A stretch of DNA of 61,506 nucleotides, from NCBI GenBank assembly GCA_964195545.1, contig CAXMQQ010000009.1, forward strand, positions 1 to 61,506. The letters are read 5' to 3'. Positions 52,525-61,506 of the stretch are shown in pieces. Both the position numbers and the translations under genes were made by a program. Numbering within the stretch: position 1 is the first letter of the stretch; each line of letters opens with the position of its first letter. The notes under the pieces were generated by a model. It was given only the letters and a program-made list of their open reading frames with translations, did no database searches and was not told the origin of the DNA. The stretch is from an uncultured Acidimicrobiia bacterium. Its GTDB lineage: Bacteria; Actinomycetota; Acidimicrobiia; Spongiisociales; UBA5794.

Positions 52525-53665
52525 GCGTCCCCACAGCGATGCCGTGTTCAATGGCGGTCTCGTCGAGGTCGAACGTCGGGGAGTGCACATCGACAGGGGG
52601 AACGTGGTTTCCGACACCGAGCCGGACGAGTGCCCCTGGAACGTGTTGGAGGAACCACGAGAAGTCCTCTGATCCCATCGACTGCGGCGTCGGTCGGACC
52701 CCCTCTTCACCGAGGATCTCTGTGGCAGCTTGTCGGATGACTTCGATCACGGAGCTGTCGTTATCGACTGGTGGAGAACCCCGGTGGTAGTCGACTCCCG
52801 CGCCGGCACCGCAAGTGGTGGCGATGTCTTTGAGATGTCGCTCGACGAGATCGGGGAGCTCCGTCCACACTGCAGCCTCGCGGACGCGGGCGGTACCCGA
52901 AATCTCGACGACAGACGGGATGGCATTCGCCGCACCGCCGCCCGCGATTCGACCGAACACGAGAGTCAGATGTCGATCCGGCCCTAGTGCGTCGATGAGC
53001 CGATTCGGGAGATCGGTCACGACTCGGGCCGCGACGTTCACGAGGTCGACCGTTCGATCGGGTCTCGAGGTGTGACCTCCGGGACCGGTGAGTCGAATGT
53101 GGATCTTGTCTGCAGCGCTGGTGATCGGACCGATCCGGAGGCCGACGTTCCCGGCCGGGATCGACGGGTCGACGTGGTAGGCGAACATGGCGTCAAGGCC
53201 ATGATGAGCGCCTTCTTCGACAAGTCGGGCTGCACCGGAGGGGCTGTCCTCCTCCGCCGGCTGGAAGATGATGCGTGCTGTACCCGGAAGGTCACCCAGA
53301 GCGGCGAGGACTCTTGCGATTCCGACACCGATCGCAGCATGTGCGTCATGGCCGCACGCATGCATGAGACCGTCTACCTGGGATCGGTACGGCGCGCCGG
53401 TCTCCTCCTGGATCGGGAGGGCGTCGATGTCGGCACGGAAGCCGACGATCGGATTGCCGGATCCGATCTCCACGAACAGCCCGATGCCGTCTGCGCGTAC
53501 CTGAGGATCGAGCCCGTCGTCCGTGAGTGCCTCGGCGATGCGATACGTGGTCCTGCGCTCGGTCCATGCGATCTCGGGATGGCGGTGCAGATCTCGCCGC
53601 ATCCGGATGGCGTCGGGCGCGATCGCACGGGCATGGGAGGTGACATGATCGGTGAGGCCTGGCAT
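52490..53665 (-). CDS. M20D amidohydrolase (N-acyl-L-amino-acid amidohydrolase/hippuricase-like)
   Basis: RRDLHRHPEIAWTERRT...RADIDALPIQE...MHACGHDAH...QPAEE are canonical M20D motifs. Confidence 0.85.
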   Translation of the reverse strand: MPGLTDHVTSHARAIAPDAIRMRRDLHRHPEIAWTERRTTYRIAEALTDDGLDPQVRADGIGLFVEIGSGNPIVGFRADIDALPIQEETGAPYRSQVDGLMHACGHDAHAAIGVGIARVLAALGDLPGTARIIFQPAEEDSPSGAARLVEEGAHHGLDAMFAYHVDPSIPAGNVGLRIGPITSAADKIHIRLTGPGGHTSRPDRTVDLVNVAARVVTDLPNRLIDALGPDRHLTLVFGRIAGGGAANAIPSVVEISGTARVREAAVWTELPDLVERHLKDIATTCGAGAGVDYHRGSPPVDNDSSVIEVIRQAATEILGEEGVRPTPQSMGSEDFSWFLQHVPGALVRLGVGNHVPPVDVHSPTFDLDETAIEHGIAVGTLSLVRLMERQR

Positions 53666-53727
53666 CGGACCAGATTGTACGGCTTTGTCGTGCCAGCGCT
53701 CTCTACGCTACGGGGACAGGAGGCACC

Positions 53728-54861
53728 ATGACGACAGAGCCGAGCTTCACCATCGGGATCGAGGAGGAGTACTTCATCGTCGATCGTGAGACCCGCGATC
53801 TCGTGCCGGACATGCCGGACGGCTTGCTCGCTGCCTGCAAAGAGATCGCAGAGGGCATCGTGAGCCCGGAGTTCATTCGCTCGCAGATAGAAGTTGGCAC
53901 GCCGGTCAGCTCGTCAGTCAAAGAGGTGCGAGCGCATCTCGCGCAGCTCCGCCTCGACGTCTCTTCCGTCGTTTCCGAGTACGGCATGGCGATCATCTCC
54001 GCCTCGACGCACCCGTTCGCGGCCTGGGGCGAGCAGCGGCACACCGACAAGTCCCAGTACAACACTCTGGCCGAGGCACTCCAGGGCGTCGTTCGGCGAC
54101 TTCTGATTTGCGGTATGCACGTACACGTCGGGATCGAAGACGAGGACGCACGCATCGATCTGATGAATCAGGTGCTCTACTTCCTGCCCCACCTGCTCGC
54201 ACTCTCGGGGTCGTCTCCGTTCTGGCACGGTGACGACACCGGCCTGAAGTCGTACCGCACCGCGGTGTTTCGCACCCTGCCTCGCACCGGGATGCCGGAT
54301 GAGTTCCTTGACTGGAGCCACTATCAACGTCACGCCCAGATCCTCGTCCAGTCGGGCGTGATCGAGGATGAGACCAAACTGTGGTGGGACATTCGCCCCT
54401 CCGCCCGATATCCGACGCTCGAAATGCGCTCGACCGACATAGCGACACATCTCGACGATGGGATCACACTCGCAGCTCTCTACATCTCGTTGCTGTCGAT
54501 GCTGTTCCGCCTGCGGCAAGACAACCAGCGGTGGCGGGTCTACTCGAGAATGTTGCTGAAGGAGAACATCTGGAGGGCTCAGCGTTACGGTGTTTCGGAG
54601 TCGCTGATCGACTTCGGCACCGGAAGCCTCGTTCCGTTCCCTGAACTCATGGGGGAGATCATGGAACTGGTCGCCGATGACGCCCGGCGCCTCGACTGCG
54701 TTGAGGAGGTGGGAAACGTGGAGGAGATCTTGCGGCGCGGCACGAGTGCAGATCGTCAACGAGCGATCTACGAAGCGGCGGTCGTGGCAGGAGCGGACAA
54801 ACATGAGGCTCTGGTCACCGTCGTTGACTTCCTGATCGACGAGACCGTCTCCGACCTATGA
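53728..54861 (+). CDS. ybdK: Carboxylate-amine ligase YbdK (glutamate-cysteine ligase family 2)
   Basis: FTIGIEEEYFIVD...CGMHVHVGI...YWDIRPSARYPTLEMR matches the GCS2 pattern. GGAGG lies upstream of the start. Confidence 0.85.
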   Translation: MTTEPSFTIGIEEEYFIVDRETRDLVPDMPDGLLAACKEIAEGIVSPEFIRSQIEVGTPVSSSVKEVRAHLAQLRLDVSSVVSEYGMAIISASTHPFAAWGEQRHTDKSQYNTLAEALQGVVRRLLICGMHVHVGIEDEDARIDLMNQVLYFLPHLLALSGSSPFWHGDDTGLKSYRTAVFRTLPRTGMPDEFLDWSHYQRHAQILVQSGVIEDETKLWWDIRPSARYPTLEMRSTDIATHLDDGITLAALYISLLSMLFRLRQDNQRWRVYSRMLLKENIWRAQRYGVSESLIDFGTGSLVPFPELMGEIMELVADDARRLDCVEEVGNVEEILRRGTSADRQRAIYEAAVVAGADKHEALVTVVDFLIDETVSDL

Positions 54862-56561
54862 CAACGATCAGGGTCGCCGGAGCCCAACAAGACTTCACCG
54901 TCGGGGATCTCGAAGGGAATGAGGCTCGCATCCTCGAGGCGATGCGCTGGGCCGATGGCGCAGACGCGGATGTCCTTGTATTGCCCGAGTTGGCGGTTGT
55001 CGGCTATCCGCCGGAGGATCTGGTCCTGCGGGAAGGATTCGTGGCGGAGAACCTTCGCGTGCTGGATCGCCTGGCCGAAGCGTCGAGAACGTGTGCCGTC
55101 GTCGTCGGATTCGTCGATCCGCTCACAGAAGGTGTTCTCGACGATGACTCGGTGGAGCGACGGGTCGCCAACGCTGCCGCAGTGTTGGCAGAGGGTCGGA
55201 TCGTGGGGGTGTACCACAAGGAGCTGCTTCCGAACTACGGCGTCTTCGACGAGGCCAGGTATTTCGCCGAGAGCCGGGATCCGGTCCGACTGTGGGAGAT
55301 CGGTGGCATCGTCACCGGCGTGTCGATTTGCGAAGACATCTGGTCCCCCAGCGGCCCGTCGGCCCGTCAGGCAAAAGCAGGGGCCGAATTGTTACTCAAT
55401 CTGAACGGGTCCCCGTTTCACATCGGAAAGGGAGAGGATCGTGCCGCGCTACTTCGCGAAGAGGCGATCCGTAGCGGCGCCGCGGTTGTCTACGTCAACT
55501 GCGTCGGGGGCCAGGACGAGCTGGTCTTCGACGGCGATTCGATGGTTTTCGACGCCGACGGAATGCTCGTGTATCGAGCGGCACAGTTCGCTGAGGAGAT
55601 GTTTGCAGTCGATCTCCCTCTCCCTGGCGCTCAAGAGACGATTGTGTCACCGGTTCCTGTCGTCCAGAAGTCCGGTGATCGGTCACCGTTGCTCGCTCCC
55701 GAATTCCCGCCCCGGCTTAGTGACGAGGCAGAGATCTATGAAGCGCTCGTCACCGGTCTCAGAGGCTATGTGATGAAGAACGGATTTGCCGGTGTCGTCA
55801 TCGGATCGTCGGGGGGTATCGACTCTGCCCTCGCAGCGACGATTGCAGTCGATGCCATCGGTCCCGATGCGGTCCACACGATCACGATGCCGACTCGCTA
55901 CTCCTCTGAGGGTTCGGTGGCGGATTCGAAGTCACTCGCGTCCAACCTCGGCTGCCGATTCGACGTGATCCCCATCGAAGACACGTTCGAGTCGTTCCTG
56001 ACGACACTCGATCCGCTCTTCCACGACACCGAACCGGACGTAGCCGAGGAGAATCTGCAGGCCCGGATCCGGGGAACGGTTCTGATGGGCGTCTCGAACA
56101 AATTCGGGGGCATGGTTGTCGCGACGGGGAACAAGTCGGAGATGGCGGTCGGCTACGCGACTCTCTACGGCGACATGGCCGGCGGATACGCCGTGTTGAA
56201 GGACGTGTACAAGACACTCGTCTATCGGCTTTCCCGATGGCGCAATCGCGATCGCGAGGTGATCCCCCTGGCGATCATCGAGAAGGCCCCCTCGGCCGAG
56301 CTCCGTCCGGATCAGTTCGACACGGACTCGCTGCCGCCCTATGACGTGCTTGATGCCGTGCTCGAGCAGTACGTCGAGCAGGATCGGACCGTCGATGAGA
56401 TAGCGGCCGTTGGTTTCGATCGGGACCTTGTGTGCCGGATCGCCCGGATGGTCGATCGCAACGAGTACAAGCGGCGTCAAGCACCGCCGGGCGTGAAGAT
56501 CACAAGCAAGGGCTTCGGCCGAGACCGAAGGCTCCCGATTACAAATCGATATCTGAACTAG
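54858..56561 (+). CDS. nadE: Glutamine-dependent NAD+ synthetase
   Basis: 567 aa with an N-terminal CN-hydrolase domain (VLPELAVVGYPPEDL, ICEDIW) and a C-terminal NAD synthetase domain (GSSGGIDSAL). The start overlaps the ybdK stop as ATGA. Confidence 0.93.
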   Translation: MTTIRVAGAQQDFTVGDLEGNEARILEAMRWADGADADVLVLPELAVVGYPPEDLVLREGFVAENLRVLDRLAEASRTCAVVVGFVDPLTEGVLDDDSVERRVANAAAVLAEGRIVGVYHKELLPNYGVFDEARYFAESRDPVRLWEIGGIVTGVSICEDIWSPSGPSARQAKAGAELLLNLNGSPFHIGKGEDRAALLREEAIRSGAAVVYVNCVGGQDELVFDGDSMVFDADGMLVYRAAQFAEEMFAVDLPLPGAQETIVSPVPVVQKSGDRSPLLAPEFPPRLSDEAEIYEALVTGLRGYVMKNGFAGVVIGSSGGIDSALAATIAVDAIGPDAVHTITMPTRYSSEGSVADSKSLASNLGCRFDVIPIEDTFESFLTTLDPLFHDTEPDVAEENLQARIRGTVLMGVSNKFGGMVVATGNKSEMAVGYATLYGDMAGGYAVLKDVYKTLVYRLSRWRNRDREVIPLAIIEKAPSAELRPDQFDTDSLPPYDVLDAVLEQYVEQDRTVDEIAAVGFDRDLVCRIARMVDRNEYKRRQAPPGVKITSKGFGRDRRLPITNRYLN

Positions 56562-56644
56562 TAGGCGACAGGGGAATAGGCGACAGGCAACAGGAGTCAG
56601 GAAGACAGATTCTTCGCCGACTACCGACTACAGGGGAGCGTCAC

Positions 56645-57574
56645 TTGTCGAATGACCGACAGTCCACGGTCGAGCCGGTGGTCGTGTGGACCCGGGGATC
56701 GGGGTGTCGCGAGCTTGCCGAGCTGATCTCTGGCGATGTCGCCATCCAAGTGGACTCCGATCCGGTCGCCACCTGTATTGGAACCCGTGCGACGCTGTTG
56801 GTGAGCCGACGCTTGAGCTCGTTCGACCTGTGCAACGTGGCCGTCCCCAGCGGCTTCTCTGCCGACGAGACCACCGGCGTCGTTGCCGCTGTGGGAAGTG
56901 GACCACACTCATCGCTCGCGGCCGCCGTAGCGGGGAGGATTGGACGGAGCCTGACCGTGCCCGCCCGTGCCGTCTACGCCCACAGCGGGTCCGAGCCGAC
57001 GGCCTCTGCGACTCAGATCGTGAAGAAGTTCGACGATCAGTTCCCCGACTTGTCCATCGAGACGATCGGTCCCGCGAGCCCGGAGGCGATGGTGCAAGGT
57101 TTGCCATCGGGGACTCTGCTCGTGGTTGGCGCCCCCGGCGGATCGTGGTTCCAACGCCAGCTCTTCGGCCCGGGACCAAGGATCAAGCACAAAGCGTCAG
57201 GTGGAACGGTCGTTGTGAAGACGGCGCCGGTTCGGGTGTACCAGGCGATGGAGGCGCCAGCCGCCTTCGGTCCCCAAATGCGTGTCGCCGACGCGCGCGT
57301 GGTCGGAGCAGGAGACGCCGTCGTAGCGTCTGACAACACCCTGATCGGTGTGGTCCCCGTGGCGGCACTCGAGGCAGCAGATCCCGACGCGGATCTCGGC
57401 GGATTGGCTCAGGAAGCGGCCTTCCTTTCTCCTGAGGCGACGATCGAGCACGCCCTGGACCTCGCTGACGACACGGAGAGCACAACGATCCCCGTGGTAG
57501 ACCGATCTGGGAACCTGATCGGCGTCTACCGAGCGGGAGCACCCGGTCCGACAGTTCTGGGGTGGGGCGGCTGA
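56645..57574 (+). CDS. Universal-stress-like plus CBS-pair domain protein
   Basis: TTG 56645 has GGGGAG 6 nt upstream; the track start 56432 lies inside nadE. The USP-like end reads GTLLVVGAPGGSWF...TVVVKTAP. A CBS-like segment follows (TIPVVDRSGNLIGVY). Confidence 0.5.
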   Translation: MSNDRQSTVEPVVVWTRGSGCRELAELISGDVAIQVDSDPVATCIGTRATLLVSRRLSSFDLCNVAVPSGFSADETTGVVAAVGSGPHSSLAAAVAGRIGRSLTVPARAVYAHSGSEPTASATQIVKKFDDQFPDLSIETIGPASPEAMVQGLPSGTLLVVGAPGGSWFQRQLFGPGPRIKHKASGGTVVVKTAPVRVYQAMEAPAAFGPQMRVADARVVGAGDAVVASDNTLIGVVPVAALEAADPDADLGGLAQEAAFLSPEATIEHALDLADDTESTTIPVVDRSGNLIGVYRAGAPGPTVLGWGG

Positions 57575-57750
57575 GATGTGAAAATGTGAGAAGAGAGGTA
57601 GGAGACAGCGGCATCGCTGGTCTCATGTCTCGAATCCCGGGTCTCGTGTCTGTCATTCACCGAGTACCGACATCTGGGCTGTTCCTTACCAAACAGTGAA
57701 CTTCTTCAATTTCGGTCACGAAAGCCTCCATCTTGTGGTTCAGTTGTCGA

Positions 57751-59301
57751 ATGACGGGTTTGCAGAATCTCAGAGCAAGGCGGTTCTCCGGCTGGGCCGG
57801 TGTTGCTGGAGTGTTCATTGCGATGGGCGCAACAGAGCTCTTCGCCGGAATCTCGGACGCGGTTCCTTCTGCGATCTCCGCGATTGGCACCTATGTCATC
57901 GATGTCTCCCCGTCATGGTTGAAGACGTTCGCCATCTCAGCCTTCGGCACGGCCGATAAGGCTGTCCTGGCGATAGGGATCCTCCTGGTCTCCGCCATCA
58001 TCGGCTGGTATCTCGGCAAGGCTTCGGTCGCCTCACCGAGGCCGATCATCATCGGGTATTCCGTCGCCGGTGCCGTCGGTGTGGCAGCCCAACTCACCCA
58101 GCCGGGTGCTTTGTGGCCGCTCGTCGCTGTTTCGACTGCGGTTGCCACTGGGCTTGGGATCGCGACCTGGTACGGCATCAAGACATGGTCGGGCGGCACG
58201 AGCAGAGGCATCACGGACGATGCCGTGACTGACATGTCACGACGGCGACTCATTGTGGGTCTCGCAGGGGCAACGATCGTGACGGCCGTTGCGATCAGCG
58301 TCGGTCGGGGAATGATCCGTGGACGGGCGGACGCTCAACTGGCTGCTCTTGTCCTCCCTGATCCCGTGGAGATCCGACTCGATCCGACATCCGCCAACGA
58401 CTTCGGTCTGGAGGGCGTCCCTCCGATCGTCGTGGGGGGTGCCGCGTTCTACCGGATCGATACGGCCCTGGTGGTCCCCACGATCGATCCGGAAGAGTGG
58501 ACGTTGACGATCAAGGGGTTGGTCGACAACGAGATAGTGCTCACCTACGACCAGATCGCTTCGATGCCACTGGTTGAGCGATACGTCACACTTGCTTGTG
58601 TGTCCAACAAGGTCGGTGACAATCTTGTGGGCAATGCCCTTTGGACGGGAGTGTTCCTCAGAGACCTGCTCGCCATGGCGGGGGTCCAGGAGGGAGCGGA
58701 ACAAGTCGTCGGTCGATCGATAGACGGCTTCACGGTCGGGTTCCCGATCGACGCCGCGCTCGACGATCGAGATGCCCTCGTGGCGATCGGCATGAACCGT
58801 GACATCCTCCCGGCAATCCACGGCTTCCCCGCTCGTCTCGTGGTACCCGGCCTGTACGGATATGTGTCTGCGACGAAGTGGCTGACGGAGATCGAGTTGA
58901 CGACATGGGATTCGTTCGATGGCTACTGGATCCCACGGGGTTGGTCCAAGGAGGCTCCGATCAAGACGCAGTCGCGGATCGATCGACCTCGGAATCGAGC
59001 GACGATCGAAGCGGGTTCCTACACCCTGGGAGGTGTCGCATGGGCTCCGACCAGAGGGGTCGAACGCGTCGAGGTCCAGATCGATGGTGGCTCGTGGGTG
59101 CTTGCCGAACTATCGGAACCACTCGCTGAGAGTGCCTGGGTCCAGTGGAAGCTTCACAGCGAGCTGCCGGTCGGGAAACACGACATCTCGGTCCGCGCCA
59201 CCGATGGCACGGGCTTCACACAGACCGAGGCGAAGGTGTCACCGGGACCGGATGGAGCGGAGGGCTGGCACACGATTCAAGTCATAGCGGAAGAGGCGTG
59301 A
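57751..59301 (+). CDS. Membrane-anchored sulfite-oxidase-family molybdopterin oxidoreductase
   Basis: About six N-terminal TM segments precede the Oxidored_molyb core (YVTLACVSNKVGDNL with the Mo-ligand Cys, HGFPARLVVPGLYGYVSATKWL). A C-terminal Ig-like dimerisation domain follows. I prefer ATG 57751 to TTG 57733. Confidence 0.85.
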   Translation: MTGLQNLRARRFSGWAGVAGVFIAMGATELFAGISDAVPSAISAIGTYVIDVSPSWLKTFAISAFGTADKAVLAIGILLVSAIIGWYLGKASVASPRPIIIGYSVAGAVGVAAQLTQPGALWPLVAVSTAVATGLGIATWYGIKTWSGGTSRGITDDAVTDMSRRRLIVGLAGATIVTAVAISVGRGMIRGRADAQLAALVLPDPVEIRLDPTSANDFGLEGVPPIVVGGAAFYRIDTALVVPTIDPEEWTLTIKGLVDNEIVLTYDQIASMPLVERYVTLACVSNKVGDNLVGNALWTGVFLRDLLAMAGVQEGAEQVVGRSIDGFTVGFPIDAALDDRDALVAIGMNRDILPAIHGFPARLVVPGLYGYVSATKWLTEIELTTWDSFDGYWIPRGWSKEAPIKTQSRIDRPRNRATIEAGSYTLGGVAWAPTRGVERVEVQIDGGSWVLAELSEPLAESAWVQWKLHSELPVGKHDISVRATDGTGFTQTEAKVSPGPDGAEGWHTIQVIAEEA

Positions 59302-59336
59302 GCTCTGAGAATGAGATCGAAGCGTTCACCGACTTC

Positions 59337-59371
59337 GTACCACGTACTACGTATTACGTAGTACGTGGTAC
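59337..59371 (+). terminator. 35-nt perfect palindrome after the molybdoenzyme gene
   Basis: GTACCACGTACTACGTA-t-TACGTAGTACGTGGTAC has 17-nt arms and is AT-rich relative to its surroundings. It lies 36 nt after the stop. Confidence 0.55.
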
Positions 59372-59408
59372 ACCCGGCGGAGCCGGATAGACGGAGTACG
59401 CTCGTGCC

Positions 59409-60245
59409 ATGGCTGTTCTCGGATCTGTTCTCATCGACGGGCTACCGGTAGATCCAGAACATGCTGCGATCTCGGTCTTCGACATCGGGTTCCAGCGCGG
59501 GTACGGGTGCTTCGAGGCGATGCGCTCCTATGCCGGTTCCATCTTTCGTCTCGAACCGCATCTCGACCGACTCGAGTCCAGCGCTACGAAGCTTCGACTG
59601 CCTACTCCCGACCGCGACTCCATCACTGCATGGTGTCGTTCGACCGCGGAAGCTGCGGGGGAGAGCGTCGTGCGGGTGTTCGTGTCGGGAGGTTCCGATC
59701 CGAGAGTGCCGGGTACCGATTCGCGCGTCGTTGTCTTTGCAGAGGCGGTTCGCCCGGACGCCCCGGCGATGACCGTTCAATCGAGGACTGCGCCGTGGCA
59801 CACCGACGGTGACTGGTCCGAACTCACGGGAGCGAAGGCCCTGTCGTATGGGTTCAATCTCGCCGCATCCGTGGCAGCCCAAGACGATGGGTTCGGCGAC
59901 GCCCTCCTGATCGGGCGCAGAGGCCACGTTCTCGAAGGACCAACCTTCTCGATCGGATGGATCAGCGATGGTGTCTTTCACACACCCGGCCTCGAGATCG
60001 GCATCCTTGAGTCGATCACGCGAGCCGCCGTGATCGAAGTCGCCGGCCGCCTTGGCATGATGGTGAGAGAGGGGATCTACGGAATCGATGACGTGTTGAG
60101 CGCCGACGAGGTCTTTGCTATGTCAACGGTCCGGGAGGTTCTCCCGATCGTGCACGTCGACGATCGCGAGTTCGGCGTCGGCGTTGGGACGAGAGGGCTC
60201 CAGGACGGTTTCACTGCGCTCGTTGACGAGGAACTCCATCGATGA
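59409..60245 (+). CDS. Class IV aminotransferase (branched-chain aminotransferase / aminodeoxychorismate lyase family)
   Basis: 278 aa. GFQRGYGCFEAMRSY...FRLEPHLDRLESSA...EGPTFSIGW...GILESITR is the fold-type IV pattern. Confidence 0.8.
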   Translation: MAVLGSVLIDGLPVDPEHAAISVFDIGFQRGYGCFEAMRSYAGSIFRLEPHLDRLESSATKLRLPTPDRDSITAWCRSTAEAAGESVVRVFVSGGSDPRVPGTDSRVVVFAEAVRPDAPAMTVQSRTAPWHTDGDWSELTGAKALSYGFNLAASVAAQDDGFGDALLIGRRGHVLEGPTFSIGWISDGVFHTPGLEIGILESITRAAVIEVAGRLGMMVREGIYGIDDVLSADEVFAMSTVREVLPIVHVDDREFGVGVGTRGLQDGFTALVDEELHR

Positions 60246-60679
60246 GCCTGTCGCTCGCGGCAGCCGTCGACGACCTCTATCGCGACGTGGTGATGGAACC
60301 CGACCGGTGGGGTGACGAGGCGTTTGGGGAATGGATGGCGAATCTCACGGTCGACTCCTCGTCGATCGATCGACTCACCGCACGGTCCCTCCGCCGAGCC
60401 GTTCGCGTCGCAACGAAGCTTCAGCGGTTCTGGGGATCACAAGATGCAGAGCGATACCGCGGGGAGGAATCGTGGGAAGCCAGAGTTGACCTCGCCGTCG
60501 GTATCCCCGCTTGGCGACCGGCTCTCGAACTCGCGGAAAAGGAACTCGGGGCATCCCCGTCGTCGGAGGGCTTTGAGGAGGTGCGACGCCGGTTCCGGGC
60601 CGTGAACGGCTCGACATGGATGGAAGGTGTCGACTACGACACTTGGGTTGAAAAAGGCAGCGACGGTTCTATCAGATAG
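60242..60679 (+). CDS. Hypothetical protein
   Basis: 145-aa ORF. Its ATG overlaps the upstream stop (ATGA), which argues for a real, coupled gene. No family recognised. Confidence 0.5.
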   Translation: MSLSLAAAVDDLYRDVVMEPDRWGDEAFGEWMANLTVDSSSIDRLTARSLRRAVRVATKLQRFWGSQDAERYRGEESWEARVDLAVGIPAWRPALELAEKELGASPSSEGFEEVRRRFRAVNGSTWMEGVDYDTWVEKGSDGSIR

Positions 60680-60684
60680 AATCG

Positions 60685-61200
60685 ATGTCCATGAGGTCGC
60701 GTTCATACCTGCTCGCTGCAATGGCACTGGTCATCGTCTCTTGCACTTCGTCGAACGAACCGGCCGCAACGACGACTACGACGACTACTTCAACCACGAC
60801 CACTACAACGACGACGCCACCCACGACTGCGACGACGTCGACCACGACGACAGCGGTCCCGACCATGCCGTCGTTCCCCGAGTACCGGATCGCCGAACGG
60901 ATCATCTCCGTCGAGACCGGAGACACGGTCGTGCTCCTCCTCGACCCCGCTTCCTACACGAGTCTGTCGGATTTGGACCTGTATGACGTGATTGCAGATG
61001 CCGTCGATCGCTTCCCACCGATCTTCGAGGCTCATGTTGTGGATTCTCAAGATGCGGTGTCGGCAGTCCTCGCGGAAGAACCGGACGAGGATCAGCAGAG
61101 AGCCCTGGTGGAGCACTACTTCGTCCGACTCGAGGAAGGCTTTCGGGTCGTGTACGTCGGACCGTTCGAAGGGACCGACGCCGCCGTCCTCGGATCCTGA
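60685..61200 (+). CDS. Lipoprotein with a poly-Thr linker, unknown function
   Basis: MSMRSRSYLLAAMALVIVSC ends at a lipobox. A ~45-aa Thr-rich linker follows, then a ~110-aa acidic domain. Confidence 0.6.
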   Translation: MSMRSRSYLLAAMALVIVSCTSSNEPAATTTTTTTSTTTTTTTTPPTTATTSTTTTAVPTMPSFPEYRIAERIISVETGDTVVLLLDPASYTSLSDLDLYDVIADAVDRFPPIFEAHVVDSQDAVSAVLAEEPDEDQQRALVEHYFVRLEEGFRVVYVGPFEGTDAAVLGS

Positions 61201-61274
61201 CTCCTGGCAGACATCGCGGTTTCTTCCCTCCCACAGAGGCGGGTGGCAGCGCCACCAGGTGCCGAAGGGAGGGG

Positions 61275-61506
61275 TCAGACGGTTCCCGATGCGTGTGACC
61301 ATTGACTCCCTCCGCCGCCCTCAGCGGCACCTCCACCTGAGCCTGAATCCACGGAGTCGCGGATCCGAATCTGCCCGGAGTCCTTGGCGGAGAAGGTTGA
61401 CCGCGGCTCCGAGGCCACACCAAGACCGTGGCTGCACCGGCGGTGGCGAAACCCGTTGGGCGACTGGGAAATCCGCCGATTCTCCATCGAGAAACCGTGG
61501 ATTGAG
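61275..61506 (-). CDS. Possible 3' end of an unidentified gene entering from the right edge
   Basis: This minus frame stays open to the window edge and has clearly the highest third-position G+C of the six frames by my hand count. It converges on a nested hairpin (GGTGGC-agc-GCCACC inside CCCTCCC...GGGAGGG) at 61226-61272. The product is not recognisable and is rich in Arg, Ser and Gly. Confidence 0.3.
   Translation of the reverse strand, partial: SIHGFSMENRRISQSPNGFRHRRCSHGLGVASEPRSTFSAKDSGQIRIRDSVDSGSGGGAAEGGGGSQWSHASGTV

Noticed and set aside
56432-56644. Upstream part of ORF 56432..57574, overlapping nadE by 130 nt
   Set aside because: The overlapping part is out of frame with nadE and not protein-like. 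TTG 56645 with GGGGAG 6 nt upstream is a more plausible start.

Overview
High-GC, gene-dense chromosomal segment with about 60 protein genes on both strands and many 4-nt ATGA/GTGA/TTGA start-stop overlaps. It looks actinobacterial: XRE-HbhA synteny, a HAIR-like box at clpB, a leaderless-type promoter and Thr-rich lipoprotein linkers. A class-level guess of Acidimicrobiia is inference only. Most content is housekeeping:
- Central and biosynthetic metabolism: a partial archaeal-type GAPDH, a tartrate/isopropylmalate-type dehydrogenase, purB-purA, ppdK, DAHP synthase-tyrA, ybdK-nadE and two M20 amidohydrolases.
- Transport: an aapJQMP-type amino-acid ABC transporter, a type II P-type ATPase and a Na+/H+ antiporter.
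- Envelope, stress and redox: lgt, clpB, tungsten-type aldehyde:ferredoxin oxidoreductase with two MoeA genes, and a membrane-anchored sulfite-oxidase-family enzyme.

I saw no rRNA, tRNA, CRISPR, transposase or integrase.

Most interesting coding observations:
1. An alpha-oxoamine-synthase gene followed 39 nt later by a roughly 10-TM histidine kinase, an architecture like the CqsA/CqsS autoinducer synthase-sensor pair.
2. A PadR / HAAS-NfeD fusion / SPFH operon.
3. A bacterial eRF1-like (baeRF) gene behind an excisionase-type HTH gene.
4. Archaeal-flavoured enzymes: type II GAPDH, W-AOR and a MoeA-PBP fusion.

Most interesting non-coding observations:
1. A 51-nt REP-like element in four copies, in the same orientation directly 5' of two unrelated minus-strand genes.
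2. A recurring vocabulary of tandem 7-mers (also 9-, 12- and 15-mers) that fills nearly every intergenic spacer.

The many long ORFs antisense to recognised genes are high-GC artefacts. All calls come from reading the sequence and translations by eye. No searches or folding programs were run.
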